Positions 11,616 to 24,376 are shown, counted from the stretch's first letter. The stretch is DNA of 64,000 nt from Octopus sinensis (GCF_006345805.1 NC_043004.1:102858001-102922000), one strand, 5' to 3'. Translations and numbers: made by a program. Notes: generated by a model not told the origin, from the letters alone.

Positions 11616-14517
11616 ACATCTCATCCAACAGATTTTCAAATTGAATATCTAAACTCTCTTAGTTGCTTCAGAGGTGGGCACTGCCACTAACAAATTATTC
11701 CTCTTACTGTGAGCTCTGCACAGTAACAAGTGAAGGTACCTGACCTTTCAAGGTCAACAACTCCAGTTCTGCTGTACCCCTACTCAATATTTGGTTTACC
11801 TTACTAAAACAGTAATTGCCTTTCTCACTGGACTAAGTTTCAACTGATATTAGGCAAATTTTCATCAGCTGGACATATAACAACTACTGCACAAGTTCAT
11901 TAAGGAGACATTTGCAGACAACTGGAAACTTCAAATCCACCCAATCTATGCAAATGTGAAATACAGACAGACATATTTTATATATAATGTCAATGTCTTA
12001 TTTCAGGATGTGTGTGCATTTTTTTTTTTTTGATAGAGATACGACAGCGAGACAAGAAAGACTAGATCAAAAGAAAAACAAGGTATTCATTTTATTGTTC
12101 TACATTGGCGAATAAAATGTTTAGCCTCCATCTAAGCAAAACAAATATATTATACAAGTTTTTTTTTTTGTTTGAAATTAGTTTCTATACTTTTCACCAG
12201 TATTTTTAATTGGTTTGACCCCCCAAAGAAAGAGTACTGCATATAGCTTTTGCAAGCTGTCACAAATTGATGAGATTGATGCTGCCTAGGCTCCTCTTGA
12301 ACAGCTTGCAAGCTGAAATCTGCATTTCCTGGAAAGCATGGAAATTCTAGAGAGGCAAGGACCAGGCATATTAGTAAGTGCAGGGCTTGCAGGAGAGATA
12401 CAACACAAGAAACCAAAGGAAGAAAAACGTGTGAGTGCCTGAATGAAGGTGATATAAAAATCAGTAAGCTGTGTGGAGAAGTCAATGTATTAAAGCAAGG
12501 ACACAGCACATCCATAAGCCAGAAGTTGCAGTGTAGTGTCAAGTGCAACTCCATGCCAATCAGCCGTGTGGTTTTTTGTGGGGAGGGAGGATGAAATCAA
12601 GAACATAGTGTGGCAGCAGCACCATCCCAGATGTGGGAATAGTATTCCCTTATGGATTTCATTAGAGCTTTGGAATCATTGGTTGTTGAGGAGCTGAAAT
12701 ATTATCAAATACTGAAGAGGAAGGCCAGTAATTGTGATGTAGTTTTTTTTCTATGTTGAGAGTGTGTGCAAATGCCAAGACAAATTTGTAGAAATGGTGA
12801 AGACTAGCTTTAGTAGTAACCTTGAGAGTTCTAATTATACGCCGTTCATGTTTAAGGATAGGCTACAATACTGTAATGATTGTGTCCCTGAAGGAGACAA
12901 AATTAGCATGATATCATTAGAGAGTGTTTTGAGGTCCCTATAAGGAAGTTGTCAAAACTGAATGTAAATGATGCTTGTTGTAAATGTTAAGCAAAACTGT
13001 AAGGTGCTGTAATCAGCATAAGAAATTTAGAGGTGATAGTAAGCTATACTTTGATGGATATAAGACAGAGTAGGGAGAAAAAGAAACATGAGGCATACCA
13101 GAGTTGATCAGAATGCAAATGTTTATGTGAGAGAGAGAGAGAAATACATTTCACAAAATTTCTAGCTGGCAGGTAAGAGGGGCTATGTTTCTTGATCAGG
13201 GGACACACTGTTGAATGCTTCTTAAGATTAGGATAGATATTTGTAGAGAGAGAGCAAGGTCAGAGGCTAAATTCAGGGCTTGTTTGAAGTAATTGGAAGT
13301 GCTTTTCCAATTGGTATGCATGTATCTGTGGTGATGGAGGGGCCTGGTGTACAAGCATGTGCAGTGGGGGAGCTGGATGCAAAGCAGCCAACAGAGGTAG
13401 AGCTTTTTCTAAGGAAGGACTACTTAAAAAAACCCCATCATTGTTGAAAAGTACAGGGATGGCAATACCTTTAAATTGGTAGACATTACTTTTGAAAGGA
13501 ATCAGAAAGAATGGCCGCAGTTCAGAGGCAACACATTTTAGAGCAGTGATACAGAGCAGGTATCTTTTGTATTTGGAGGATAGTTATGTGTAAGTTATGG
13601 TAATAGGTAAATGCCATCCTGTTTGTAGGGTAGGTGATTTTCTCCAAGTGTTGTAGGCTGTACTGTTTGTACAAGTAAAGTTTTGAGCAAAATGAACCAA
13701 CTGAAAGATTGGGTGATCTGATGGGTGCAGATGATGAAAAAGAGACCAAAAGTGTATGCTAAAGATCCACGTAGGAATAAACTAACTGTAAAGTGTTAAT
13801 TGCAAAAGAATTGGTTACTGCACTAATGAAGTCAATATGAAGTGTGTGAGAGAATCAGCCACAGATGGTTGAAGTGAGATAGATATCATTAATATGAGGA
13901 GAGCAACAGTGGTTGAAGGTGTTCAGAAAATGGTTAATGCAGCAGATATATTCAGAAGAGTGGAGGAGTGAGACTGAACCAAAGTAACTGGAAGACTTTG
14001 TTACAGCCATCAGAGTGAGACGTCAGAGGCAGAGAGAGCAAAGTCTATATTTGTAGAGAGACCACCATTTGAGTACCAAACTTCTTATTTCTCACCAAGA
14101 CTTAATTTTTTCATTCTTCGTATCCGAATCCATCTGGACAGCAAAAGAAGAATGAAAGAATTAAGTCTTGGTGAAAAATAAGAAGTTTGGTTTTTGTTAG
14201 GTGGTAGAGGGTCTAAATTGAATAAGAGTCCACAGATCTTAGGGAAGAGGGAGAAGGACTGTGTTCCATTTCAGTCAAGATATTTTAAGAGTGTAGCAGG
14301 TATTGGTCCACCATGTGGTCATGATACCACATCCTTGCTGAGAGTTTGACTCAAGTGGCTGTAATAGAGAACTGATTAATACGCTCACAGGCCTAAAGAT
14401 GGTATTATCCAGGAAGCAGAATAGGAGCTTTTACACATTTAACCAACCTTATGCCTCACAGGTAACAAAACCACACAAGAAAGTGCACAAAAATTTACAG
14501 GGTTAATTAAAAAGTAG

Positions 14518-14851
14518 TCATCATCATTGTTTAACGTCCGTTCTCCATGCTAGCATGGGTTGGACGGTTCGACCGGGGATCTGGGAAGCCAGAAGGCTGC
14601 ACCAGGCTCCAGTCTGATTTGGCAGTGTTTCTACAGCTGGATGCCCTTCCTAACGCCAACCACTCCGTGAGTGTAGTGGGTGCTTTTTACGTGCCAGGCA
14701 AGGATGGCAATGGCCACAATCGGATTGGTGCATTTTACGTGCCACCGGCACAGTAGCCAGTCAAGGTGGCGCTGGTATTGGCCACGATTCGGATGGTGCT
14801 TTTTACGTGCCACCGGCACGGAAGCCAGTCTAGGCGGCACTGGCAATCAGC
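14518..14851 (-). mobile_element. Family C repeat
   Basis: The + strand starts catcatcattgtttaacgtccg; two internal ~68-bp units. Confidence 0.85.
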
Positions 14852-16114
14852 CACAACAGTGTCAAAAGAAGCTTGATCAATAAGAGAGTGGGAAGGTGTG
14901 TATTGGGAAAGAAATCAGAGATTGAAGAAGTAAATAATAGAGACAGAAAGTGAAAAACGAAGGCTCATATTTGGTGATGTATACCAGCTAAAGATGTAGA
15001 TGTTATCTCTTACCTCCATTTCTGTCACACACACAACAAGCTTTGGCAGATTCCATCTACCATATTACAATGCAAGGTATTGGTGAAAATGAGGCACTCG
15101 TAGAAGACACTTGCCTCATGTGAGGTCCAACGGGACCAAACAAGACAATTACAAAGCAAACTTACAAACATACATTATGCTTGTGAAATTAATGACCAAG
15201 GGAGATCATCATCATTTAGCGTCCGCTTTCCATGCTAGCATGGGTTGGACAGTTCAACTGGAGTCTGGGAGGCCAGAAGGCTGCACCAGGCCCAGTCTGA
15301 TCTGGCAATGCTTCTACGGCTGGATGCCCTTCCTAACGCCAACCACTCCGTGAGTGTAGTGGGTGCTTTTTACATGTCAGACGGGGCTGGCAAACGGCCA
15401 CGGTCGGATGGTGCGTTTTACGTGCCACCGGCACAGTAGCCAGTCAAGGTGGCGCTGGTATTGGCCACGATTCGGATGGTGCTTTTTACGTGCCACCGGC
15501 ACGAAGCCAGTCTAGGCGGCACTGGCAATCAGCCACAACAGTGTCAAAAGAAGCTTGATCAATAAGAGAGTGGGAAGGTGTGTATTGGGAAGAAATCAGA
15601 GATTGAAGAAGTAAATAATAGAGACAGAAAGTGAAAAACGAAGGCTCATATTGGTGATGTATACCAGCTAAAGATGTAGATGTTATCTCTTACCTCCATT
15701 TCTGTCACACACACAACAAGCTTTGGCAGATTCCATCTACCATATTACAATGCAAGGTATTGGTGAAAATGAGGCACTCGTAGAAGACACTTGCCTCATG
15801 TGAGGTCCAACGGGACCAAACAAGACAATTACAAAGCAAACTTACAAACATACATTATGCTTGTGAAATTAATGACCAAGGGAGATCATCATCATTTAGC
15901 GTCCGCTTTCCATGCTAGCATGGGTTGGACGGTTCAACTGGAGTCTGGGAGGCCAGAAGGCTGCACCAGGCCCAGTCTGATCTGGCAATGCTTCTACGGC
16001 TGGATGCCCTTCCTAACGCCAACCACTCCGTGAGTGTAGTGGGTGCTTTTTACATGTCAGACGGGGCTGGCAAACGGCCACGGTCGGATGGTGCGTTTTA
16101 CGTGCCACCGGCAC
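14733..16114. repeat. Tandem duplication, period 680-683 bp, with breakpoints inside family C repeats
   Basis: 14733-15415 versus 15416-16114 are nearly identical; the ORF track also repeats at a +680 offset. Confidence 0.95.
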
Positions 16115-16146
16115 GGGGGGGCCAGGCGAGGCTGGCAACGGCCACG
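15885..16146 (-). mobile_element. Family C repeat (right parent of the duplication; chimeric copy at 15205-15531)
   Basis: Same head as the 15205 copy, with a different 3' continuation after gtgccaccggcac. Confidence 0.85.
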
Positions 16147-18119
16147 TTAAATAAAAAGTATACTGATAAGGTGAGAGAAACAAGTCATATGAATAATTCT
16201 CAATTAAAGCAATATATTCACAGATAATGTACCCCAAGCTTGAACATAAAGTGTAATCCATACTTCTTCAGAGACTGAAACATTCACTTCAATGAGAAAG
16301 CAGTCAAATATATATCCTAGTATCAACTAGATCAGGTGTAGAGAGCCTGCTGGCTTCTAAAGGGCTGGGCTAAGTGCAGCCATCTAAAAGAAGGCCAACG
16401 TCTGAGAAAATCCTTATACTGGTCTAAGTCTATTGATTTGATTTTATTTCAAGCCTACCCTTCCAACCAATTGCAAATTTTAGAACACTTATTTATACAT
16501 TTGTTTACATTAGTAGTTATTTGGTTAAAAATACAATTGTATTTAAAATCTAGAAAACTTAAAGAATTTGTTGGAAAAATGCCATGGATGTGTGTGCTTA
16601 TTTCAAAATTATTGTTTTTTCATATTTCATTAGAATTTTTATGCATATTTTATAAAATAATAGGTTTAGCACCACAAAAATTTTGAAATGTGAACTTGTC
16701 TGATGCAGCCTTCTAACATAAAAATGTTCCCTATCTCTGAACTTGGTAACAATTAATGGTTTCAAATTTTAACACAAGGCCTGCAATTTCAGGAGGAGGA
16801 GGGAAGGTCAATTACATCAACCCCTGAAAGGATGAAAGGCCAAGTCAACCTTAGTGGAATCTGAACTCAGAACATAAAGACAGATGAAAAGCCACAAAGC
16901 ATTTTGCCTGGTGTGCTAACAATTCTGCCAGCTCACCACCTTTGAACTTGGTGATAATTAGTGAAATATATCAAAGAGAGAGGAAGGAAATTGCTAAAGT
17001 TTCATATGCAATTCGTTCCACCTCTACTCCAGCACATGCAGAAAATAAAAATCTATTGTCTAAATTTGCAGTGCTTTACATATTGGCATAGGCTGGATGG
17101 GTTGTTACGGTCCAAATCCTTGTTTGAACTAACACCCTTTAAGCTCAGATAGGAGATAGCAGCTCTTTTGTCTCTTTTCAAATAAAGAAAACAAAACTTA
17201 TCCACCAGGAAAAATTAAAGGACTAGTGGCAAACATGTAAGGATATGGTATTTTGTTATGCAACCATAATACACTACAATGTACATTAAATGTTTCTGTA
17301 AGTCAATACCGTATTCTAGATGAAGCATGTCAGATATGAAACGTAACAAAATCAGTGCTGACTTTAATTTCTATAGAAAATCTGTAGAGATAACCCGAAC
17401 AAGTGTTGTAGCAATTATATATACAGAAATGTAGAATGCCTAGTAATGGAAAATAGAGGGACTAAGGGAGGAGTTCTAATAACCAAATGGTTAACATTGA
17501 CAAAGTACCTTCTTTCTGACTCGGATGAAGAGCTTCTGACATTGATAATGAATTCCTGATTCAGAGAACTGAGTTATCACAAAAACTCATGTATTTTTCA
17601 ACAGACAACTGTACAACAAACCTTGTGCAATATTAGCAATTACTATGTATAAATAAAATTGCAAAAAATTTCTAGCACTCAAGAAGATGCAGGTTTTAAG
17701 ATTTATCACCTCCTAGTGTGCTTGGTATTTGCAGAATAAAATCATTTTGGTAGAAAGCTGATTTACAAGTTGAAATGAAGAATAATATATAAAAATTAAA
17801 ATAACAAGGTAAATGTATGTGAAATTGTGTTTTAAGTATTAAAAAGAATGCTAAATAACACAAAATTTGTCCTAGACAGATCATTAATGTGATGAAAGAT
17901 GAGAAGAATTTCATATTGTACATGAATTTTTAACCAGTCATGATTGAAAGACAAGAGGAATGACTGATGGCAGTACGTTAAACAGTGTTTAGACTAACTC
18001 TTCAGCATTTAAACTTGCCATATACAATGTAAATATTCTACCTTGTTTTATGTTTAAACTGGCCAGATTCAGCCTCTTATGCATTCGCTATAATGTCATT
18101 TCGAAAATAAACACTCATC

Positions 18120-18452
18120 TTGACTGGCTTCCGTGTCGGTGGCACGTAAAAAGCACCATCCGAATCGTGGCCGAAGCCAGTGCCGCCTCGACTGGCTTCC
18201 GTGCAGGTGGCACGTAAAATGCACCAATCCAACCGTGGCCGATGCCAGCCTCGCCTGGCACCAGTGCAGGTGGCACGTAAAAAGCACCCACTACACTCAC
18301 GGAGTGGTTGGCGTTAGGAAGGGCATCCAGCTGTAGAAACATTGCCAGATAAGACCGGAGCCTGGTGCAGCCTTCTGACTTCCCAGATCCCCGGTCGAAC
18401 CGTCCAACCCATGCTAGCATGGAGAACGGACGTTAAACGATGATGATGATGA
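18120..18452 (+). mobile_element. Family C repeat, opposite orientation, (GAT)n tail
   Basis: Reverse complement of the 14518 copy. Confidence 0.85.
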
Positions 18453-19254
18453 TCATCATCATCGCAATCTTGAAGTTACAAGACAATACCTGGTCAACTG
18501 AATACAATATGAATAAATAAGCATTACATTTGACAGAGTAGTCAACCATATTATTCCTATTTAAACAAAGCCAGCTCATCTGTAGCATATTTCTGGTACC
18601 TGCTTCATTAACTCAAGAGTGATAACAGTTAAAGTCAGTTGCAGAGGAATAAGCAGTAGAGTCAAACACAGAATGAGGAGTACTACTAATCAGACACAAA
18701 CGAAAATGTGTATTCTGATGGGTTCAGATTTGTTGATACAGTATCTTTATGGTCAGATGCTTTTTCTGTTGCCAAACTTCATGTATTCCCAAGCAATCTA
18801 ATATTTTCCCCTAGTATGGACTGCAAACAAACACCACTGATTATGTGATGGTGAAATTTGTTTCTTATTAGAGTGCAATGTTAAGACAAGGAGACTCAGT
18901 CTCTGTCTTCGAAATTCACTATAATCATTAGTAAATAATTTAGTGGGTGTACTTAGGAATGGGATGCTACCAAGATTGTCCCAATCCTAGATTTGCTAAA
19001 GTAAAATTCTGGCGACATTCTAAACTTGAAAGAAAATTCGCTATTAGGTAAGGTATCCGAACAGTACTATAATCACATAGGCAAACATCTATACAATTAC
19101 CTGAAACAACTAGCATGGAGGAAGGAGTGTAAATTTGTAAAGAATACAAACTTATATTCATTTATCATGGAATATTACTAAATAGTATTTATTGTTGTAG
19201 AAACTGTTGCAGTAGAATTAAACTCTTCCTTTGGGAATATATTAATATATATTC

Positions 19255-19632
19255 AGGCGCAGGAGTGGCTGTGTGGTAAGTAGCTTGTTTACCAACCACG
19301 TGGTTCCGGTTCAGTCCCACTGCGTGGCACCGTGGCACCTGAGGCTACTATAGCCTCAGGCCGACCAAAGCCTTGTGAGTGGATTGGGTAGACGGAAACT
19401 GAAAGAAGCCCATCGTATATATGTATATATATGCGTGTGTGTGTTTGTCCCCCTAGCATTGCTTGACAACCGATGCTGGTGTGTTTATGTCCCCGTTACT
19501 TAGCGGTTCGGCAAAAGAGACCGATAGAATAAGTACCGGGCTTACAAAAGAATAAGTCCCGGGGTCGAGTTGCTCGATTAAAGGCGGTGCTCCAGCATGG
19601 CCACAGTCAAATGACTGAAACAAGTAAAAGAG
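19255..19632 (+). mobile_element. Family A tRNA-derived SINE, full length
   Basis: Head aggagtggctgtgtggtaag (A box) and ggttcagtccc (B box), internal (TA/GT)n, tail gcatggccacagtcaaatgactgaaacaagtaaaagag. Confidence 0.85.
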
Positions 19633-20140
19633 TTAAGAGATTCAAGGATATAGACATATATATGTAAACACATTACACGTACATAAATACATGCTTCACT
19701 ACAAATAAGTGTGTATATTTACAAGACTATAAAAGAAGTGTCTTTAAATGTATAAAAACATTGAATGAAGGACTCAATACATGTGCCAAGTCTATATTGA
19801 TAGCAACTTCAAACAATTTTGTGTGTGTGTGTGTGTAGACATATACACACAACTTTTATGCCTGCTCTCTCTGTTGGCAAGAGTCGGATGAATCATCACA
19901 ATATGAGTCAGTTCTTATACAACATTACTGCCTTTCCACACTGATCATGCCTCATTCCAGTTTTCTGTTTTGGCATTATTTCTACAGAAAGGGTGTCCTT
20001 CATAACATCAACCATTTCAAAGGGTGCTGGATGCACTTTATCATGGCACTGTACAGATGTCAAGTCTTCGAACAAATTTAAGAATCTTCTCTGCATTATC
20101 TCACTTTACAGAATATATTGAGTCCATCTTGTCATGGAAC

Positions 20141-20173
<33 letters not shown>

Positions 20174-20174
20174 C

Positions 20175-20393
20175 AAGGCAGCAAACTGGCAGAATCGTTG
20201 GTACACCAGGCAAAATACTTAATAATATTTCATCTGTCTTTTTTTTTTTTCTGAGTTCAAATTCTGCGGAGGTCGACTTTACCTTTCATCCTTTCAGGGT
20301 CAATATAACAACTACCAGCGGAACACTGGGGTTGATGTAATTGACTTAACCCCTCCCGTAAAATTTCAAGCCTTGTGCCTTTAGTAGAAAGGA
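20175..20393 (+). mobile_element. Family B SINE variant inserted next to a (TAT)n microsatellite (20140-20172)
   Basis: aaggcagcaaactggcagaatcgtt ... gagttcaaattctgcggaggtcgac. Confidence 0.75.
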
Positions 20394-20780
20394 TTATTAT
20401 CATCATCATCAAGTGTGCTTTGTGCTCTGCAGTGTCTTCATTCAGTCAAAGCAACATGACCGTGACCATGACAGAGAGAGTGAATAGAGGGTGGGGAATG
20501 AGGAGGGAAATTGTGGTTTAAAACAATGATAGAGGTGAGAGCATTGGAAAAGATACAAAATTGCAGTGAGAGTATGATGGAGAGAGAGAGAGTTCAGTGG
20601 ATGAGAAGGTAAGCTGGTTAGTGAAGGAGAGATTAGCAACAGATAAAAGTGTACCAGAGAGCTTAAAAAGAGAAATAAGCCCAAATGTAATAAGGAGAGG
20701 AGCAGCAGATGGTGGCTTAACAGAGATATACTAAATATATAGCTCAAAATGTAGACATAAATATCAAGTCACCATCACTA

Positions 20781-21630
20781 CATCATCATCGTTTAACGTC
20801 CGTTTTCCGCGCTAGCACGGGTTGGACGGTTCGACTGGGGTCTGGGAAGCCAAGAGGCTGCACCAGGCTCCAGTCTGATCTGGCAGTGTTTCTATAGCTG
20901 GATGCCCTTTCTAACGCCAACCACTCTGCGAGTGTAGTGGGTGCTTTTTACGTGCCAGGGGAGTCTGGCATCGGCCACGATCGGTTGGTGCTTTTAACGT
21001 GCCACCGGCACGGAAGCCAGTCGAGGTGGCACTGGCATCGGCCACGATTCGGATGGTGCTTTTTATGTGCCACCGGCACGGAAGCCAGTCGAGGCGGCTC
21101 TGGCATCGGCCATGATTCGGATGGTGCTTTTTATGTGCCACCGGCACAGAAGCCAGTCGAGGTGGCGCTAGCATCGGCCACGTTCAGATGGTGCTTTTTA
21201 TGTGCCACCGGCACAGGTATCACAACTACTATTTCCATTGATATTTATTTCGATGTTCATGTACTTGACTCAATAGGTCTCCTCAAGCACAGCGGGATGT
21301 TCTGGTATCCAAGGTAGTTTGAATGGGCAGGGGCTATCATAATGCTTACTATACCATCCTTGCATGGATGGGTGAGGGCCCTTCCTAGCAATGCATGCTA
21401 TCAACCATTAGTCCTTTGTCAGCTTTATGAGAATCACTCTCCTAATATCAATCTTCAATGTATCTCATGTCTTTCTAGGTCTCCCTTTTTCCACAGGTTC
21501 CATCCACGTCAAGTCATCTTTCATATGTACCACATGCCCATACCAATGTGCTCTTCCCTCTTGCACACTATATCTCTCTTTTTAACCATTTTGCCCCAGT
21601 TTCTTTGTGCTACATGGTTCATGTAATCTA
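20781..21630 (-). mobile_element. 5'-truncated RTE-like LINE remnant: degenerate ORF end plus family C 3' end with a four-unit 68-bp VNTR
   Basis: The reverse strand of about 21460-21620 encodes degenerate HWYGHVVHM ... GRPRKT, followed by family C sequence. Confidence 0.6.
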
Positions 21631-22676
21631 AAATTACAGAACAGAACATTGCTCACTACTTTTCTTTCTAGTCTTTGTAAATCCTCTGCATTCAAGCCCC
21701 ACATTTCACAACTGTTCAGTTTTTCTAGTTTACACTCAAGCACAATACAATTTGCTTTTTAATCAGAGAAAAATCGCCTTTTGTTTTGTTTTGTTTGTGT
21801 GTTTATGTCATTTTTATTTTTACATCCATTTTTTTTTTCCATACAGGTTTGAATTTGACAAGTTATTGAGAGAGTATTCTACAACTCTTTCAGTAACCAA
21901 CATTCATTTTGCAAGGTATTTTTATTCCACTATCTTCACGTATAATAAAACCATCCACAAGGCATATTGGTTATGAAAAAATGTAAATGATGTAACCACG
22001 TCTGTGTCACACACAGACACACACATAGCTGGCTTCTGTATAATTTCTATCAACCAAATTGATTTAGTTTTGACAGGTGGGGTAGGGGTGAAGGTAGTTG
22101 AAAAATGCTTATCACATGACTTATGTTAAATATTTATTTTTATTTTTCATTAGAGGTTATTTCAACATCTGCAACTCTTGTCTGTGTATGTATAGGAGTG
22201 ATGCATATGTGGAAGTGATGTGTGTGACTGTGTAGAAGTAGTTAAGACAACAAACTGGTGGAGTTGTTAGAACAATGAATAGCATATCCTGCAGTGTTTG
22301 TTCTGGTTATCTGCATGCTGGAGTTCAAATTCAATCTAAGTTAGCTGTGCTTTCTATGCTTTTTGGGGTTGATAATATAAAGTATCTCAGTATCTCAGCA
22401 GATTGCATTGGTCTTTGCTCATCTCATGGGAAACATTAGTCACAGGATGAATGGGTCTACCACTAGAAACATTATCTAGGAGACCTAGGCTTTGAGAAAA
22501 ACTTTCCAAGCACAATCCAGTCTCATGAGATACAGTCTGTGCACGTATGAGTGTGTGTGTGTATATATATATAGGGAGAATTCACACAAAAACCCCCCAC
22601 AAAAAACAAAAGACGAAGACAGGTAGTGTAGACAACAAACAGATGTATTAGTTTAACGCTTGGGAAGTGAAAAAGT

Positions 22677-22712
22677 CTTTAATGTTTCGAGCCTATGCTC
22701 TTCCACAGAAAG
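22677..22712 (-). ncRNA. Decayed minimal hammerhead ribozyme motif (Penelope-type)
   Basis: cttt-CTGTGGA-A-GAGC-atag-GCTC-GAAAC-ATT-aaag: stems I and II intact, core A6 and the ACGT palindrome mutated. Confidence 0.45.
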
Positions 22713-23333
22713 GAACAGAGAGAGAAAAAAAAAGAATGTGTAGTGGCCAGCGATCTATCATGGCAAATGCCAGACAGAGAGATAAAAAGCAGAAAGTACA
22801 AAAAAGTTCAAAGTTCAAATGTTGTGGTGTATTGGAGCGATACGATGGACGTTAAAAGATGGTGAGATATATACATACATATAAAAATTTGTTGATTGTG
22901 ACCAAGTTCCACCCGAGGGTTTATACAACTGTGCGAGTGTGTATCTGCCTGTGTAGGAGTGTCTACATTTATTGCTATGTATATCAGTTAATGTGCGCAG
23001 TATGTATATGTGTACAGATGTATCTGTATATATACATAAATACTTATATGACTTTACAGTAGACTGAGGCTCAATTAAATAGATCAGAGTTCAATACATT
23101 ACATAGAGTATATATATTGAGTTATTAAGTTGAAGATCTCATTTGAAATTTTGGCTGGTATGCTTAGACCAAATCATTGCCTTTTATTTGCATATATAAA
23201 AACACAGACAGACATACATAAATTGTTTGGTGTGGAGGTAGAGGTATACATGCACACATACACATAAATCTATATGCTTTAGTTAAGTGAGAGATTCAAT
23301 GATCTCATTCATTTTGCAATAATCTCATTAAGA

Positions 23334-24080
23334 TCATCATCATCATCATCATCGTTTAGCGTCCGCTTTCCATGCTAGCATGGGTTGGACGGTTCTACTG
23401 GGGTCTGTGAAGCCAGAAGGCTTCATCAGGCCCAGTCAAATCTGGCAGTGTTTCTACGGCTGGATGCCCTTCCTAACGCCAACCACTCCGTGAGTGTAGT
23501 GGGTGCTTTTTACGTGCCACCCGCACTGGTGCCAGACAGAGCTGGCAAACGGCCACGAACGGATGGTGCTTTTTATGTGCCACCGGCACGAGGGCCAGGC
23601 GAGGCTGGCAACGGACACGAAACAGGGCGGTGCTGGCAACGGTCGTGAAATGGAAAGTTCTCTTACATGCCACCGGCACTGGTAACACATCTGCAATTTC
23701 CATTGATCGATTTCGATTCTGATCGTCACTTGCCTCAACGGGTCTTCACAAGCAGAGTTTTGACATGCCACCAGCACTGGTAGCACATCCGCAATTTCCA
23801 TTGATCGATTTCGATTCTGATCCTCACTTGCCTCATCACGTCTTCACAAGTAGAGTTTTGTGTCCCAAGAAGGGAAGGTATGCATACGTAGGCTGGCTCC
23901 ATCCCATGTAGAAGGCCACGGGTTATGGACTCACTTGTCCTGCCGGGTCTTCTCGCGCACAGCACACTTCCAGAGGTCTCGGTCTCTAGTCATTTCCTCA
24001 GTGAGACCTAAAGTTCGAAGGTCGTGCTTCACCACCTCGTCCCAGGTTTTCCTGGGTCTGCCTCTTCCACAGGTTCCCTC
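23334..24080 (-). mobile_element. 5'-truncated RTE-clade LINE: ORF C-terminus, 3' UTR (family C) and (GAT)n tail
   Basis: EGTCGRGRPRKTWDEVVKHDLRTLGLTEEMTRDRDLWKCAVREKTRQDK* (TGA 23933-23931) is a typical RTE C-terminus. An internal ~98-bp tandem duplication lies at 23668-23860. Confidence 0.85.
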
Positions 24081-24241
24081 AGGTTCCCTAAAGATCTATT
24101 TACAAATGTGAAAACATGGTTTCGTTACAAGTATGAAGAAAACGAGGTAGAAAAATTATAAATGATGAAATGAAAAGTCTGAAAACCCTTGATTTACTAA
24201 TAAAACATCTCAAACAACAAATGTGTAATATAGCATCTTAC

Positions 24242-24376
24242 CTGGCCAATAGGAACACCTGCACTCAGCCGATGCTAGCTGGGATCCCACGGTGGCTCTG
24301 CGTTGAAGTTGAATTTCCGCTTGAAACGGCAGAAGCCTTCGGGATTTTCTATGTAATAAAGACCAGAACAGCCGCC
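24242..24376 (-). other. ODC 5'-leader exon carrying the 3' part of the uCC uORF
   Basis: Acceptor ttttcttgtcttttttcag, donor CAG|gtaaga. Unique GC-richer sequence in AT-rich intron. Confidence 0.9.
24275..24376 (-). CDS. Regulatory uORF (uCC), 3' part: GGCSGLYYIENPEGFCRFKRKFNFNAEPPWDPS*
   Basis: Read directly from the sequence. EPPW-x-PS-stop is the C-terminal signature of the uCC of ODC/AZIN mRNAs. PPW at 24295-24287, TAG at 24277-24275. Confidence 0.9.
   Translation of the reverse strand, partial: GGCSGLYYIENPEGFCRFKRKFNFNAEPPWDPS

Noticed and set aside
12560-14070. Purine/pyrimidine-skewed tracts that may be ancient LINE debris (also ~20450-20760, 27300-27700, 43380-44200, 57000-57360)
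   Set aside because: No motif was clear enough to assign a family without a database search.
17509-17555. Possible 47-nt cassette exon between the PPW exon and the start exon
   Set aside because: Weak donor (gtactt) and poor pyrimidine tract; not needed for the gene model.
19255-19330. tRNA-like A and B boxes here and in other SINE heads
   Set aside because: No cloverleaf; they continue into multi-copy SINE bodies, so they are not tRNA genes.
20940-21215. Regular repeats superficially like a CRISPR array
   Set aside because: The spacers are themselves repeated, the context is eukaryotic and there are no cas genes; this is a VNTR in a retroelement.
14547-23801. Recurrent ORFs such as MLAWVGRFD... 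and ...LDALPNANHSVSVVGAFYVPP
   Set aside because: Translations of the family C repeat, not a gene family.
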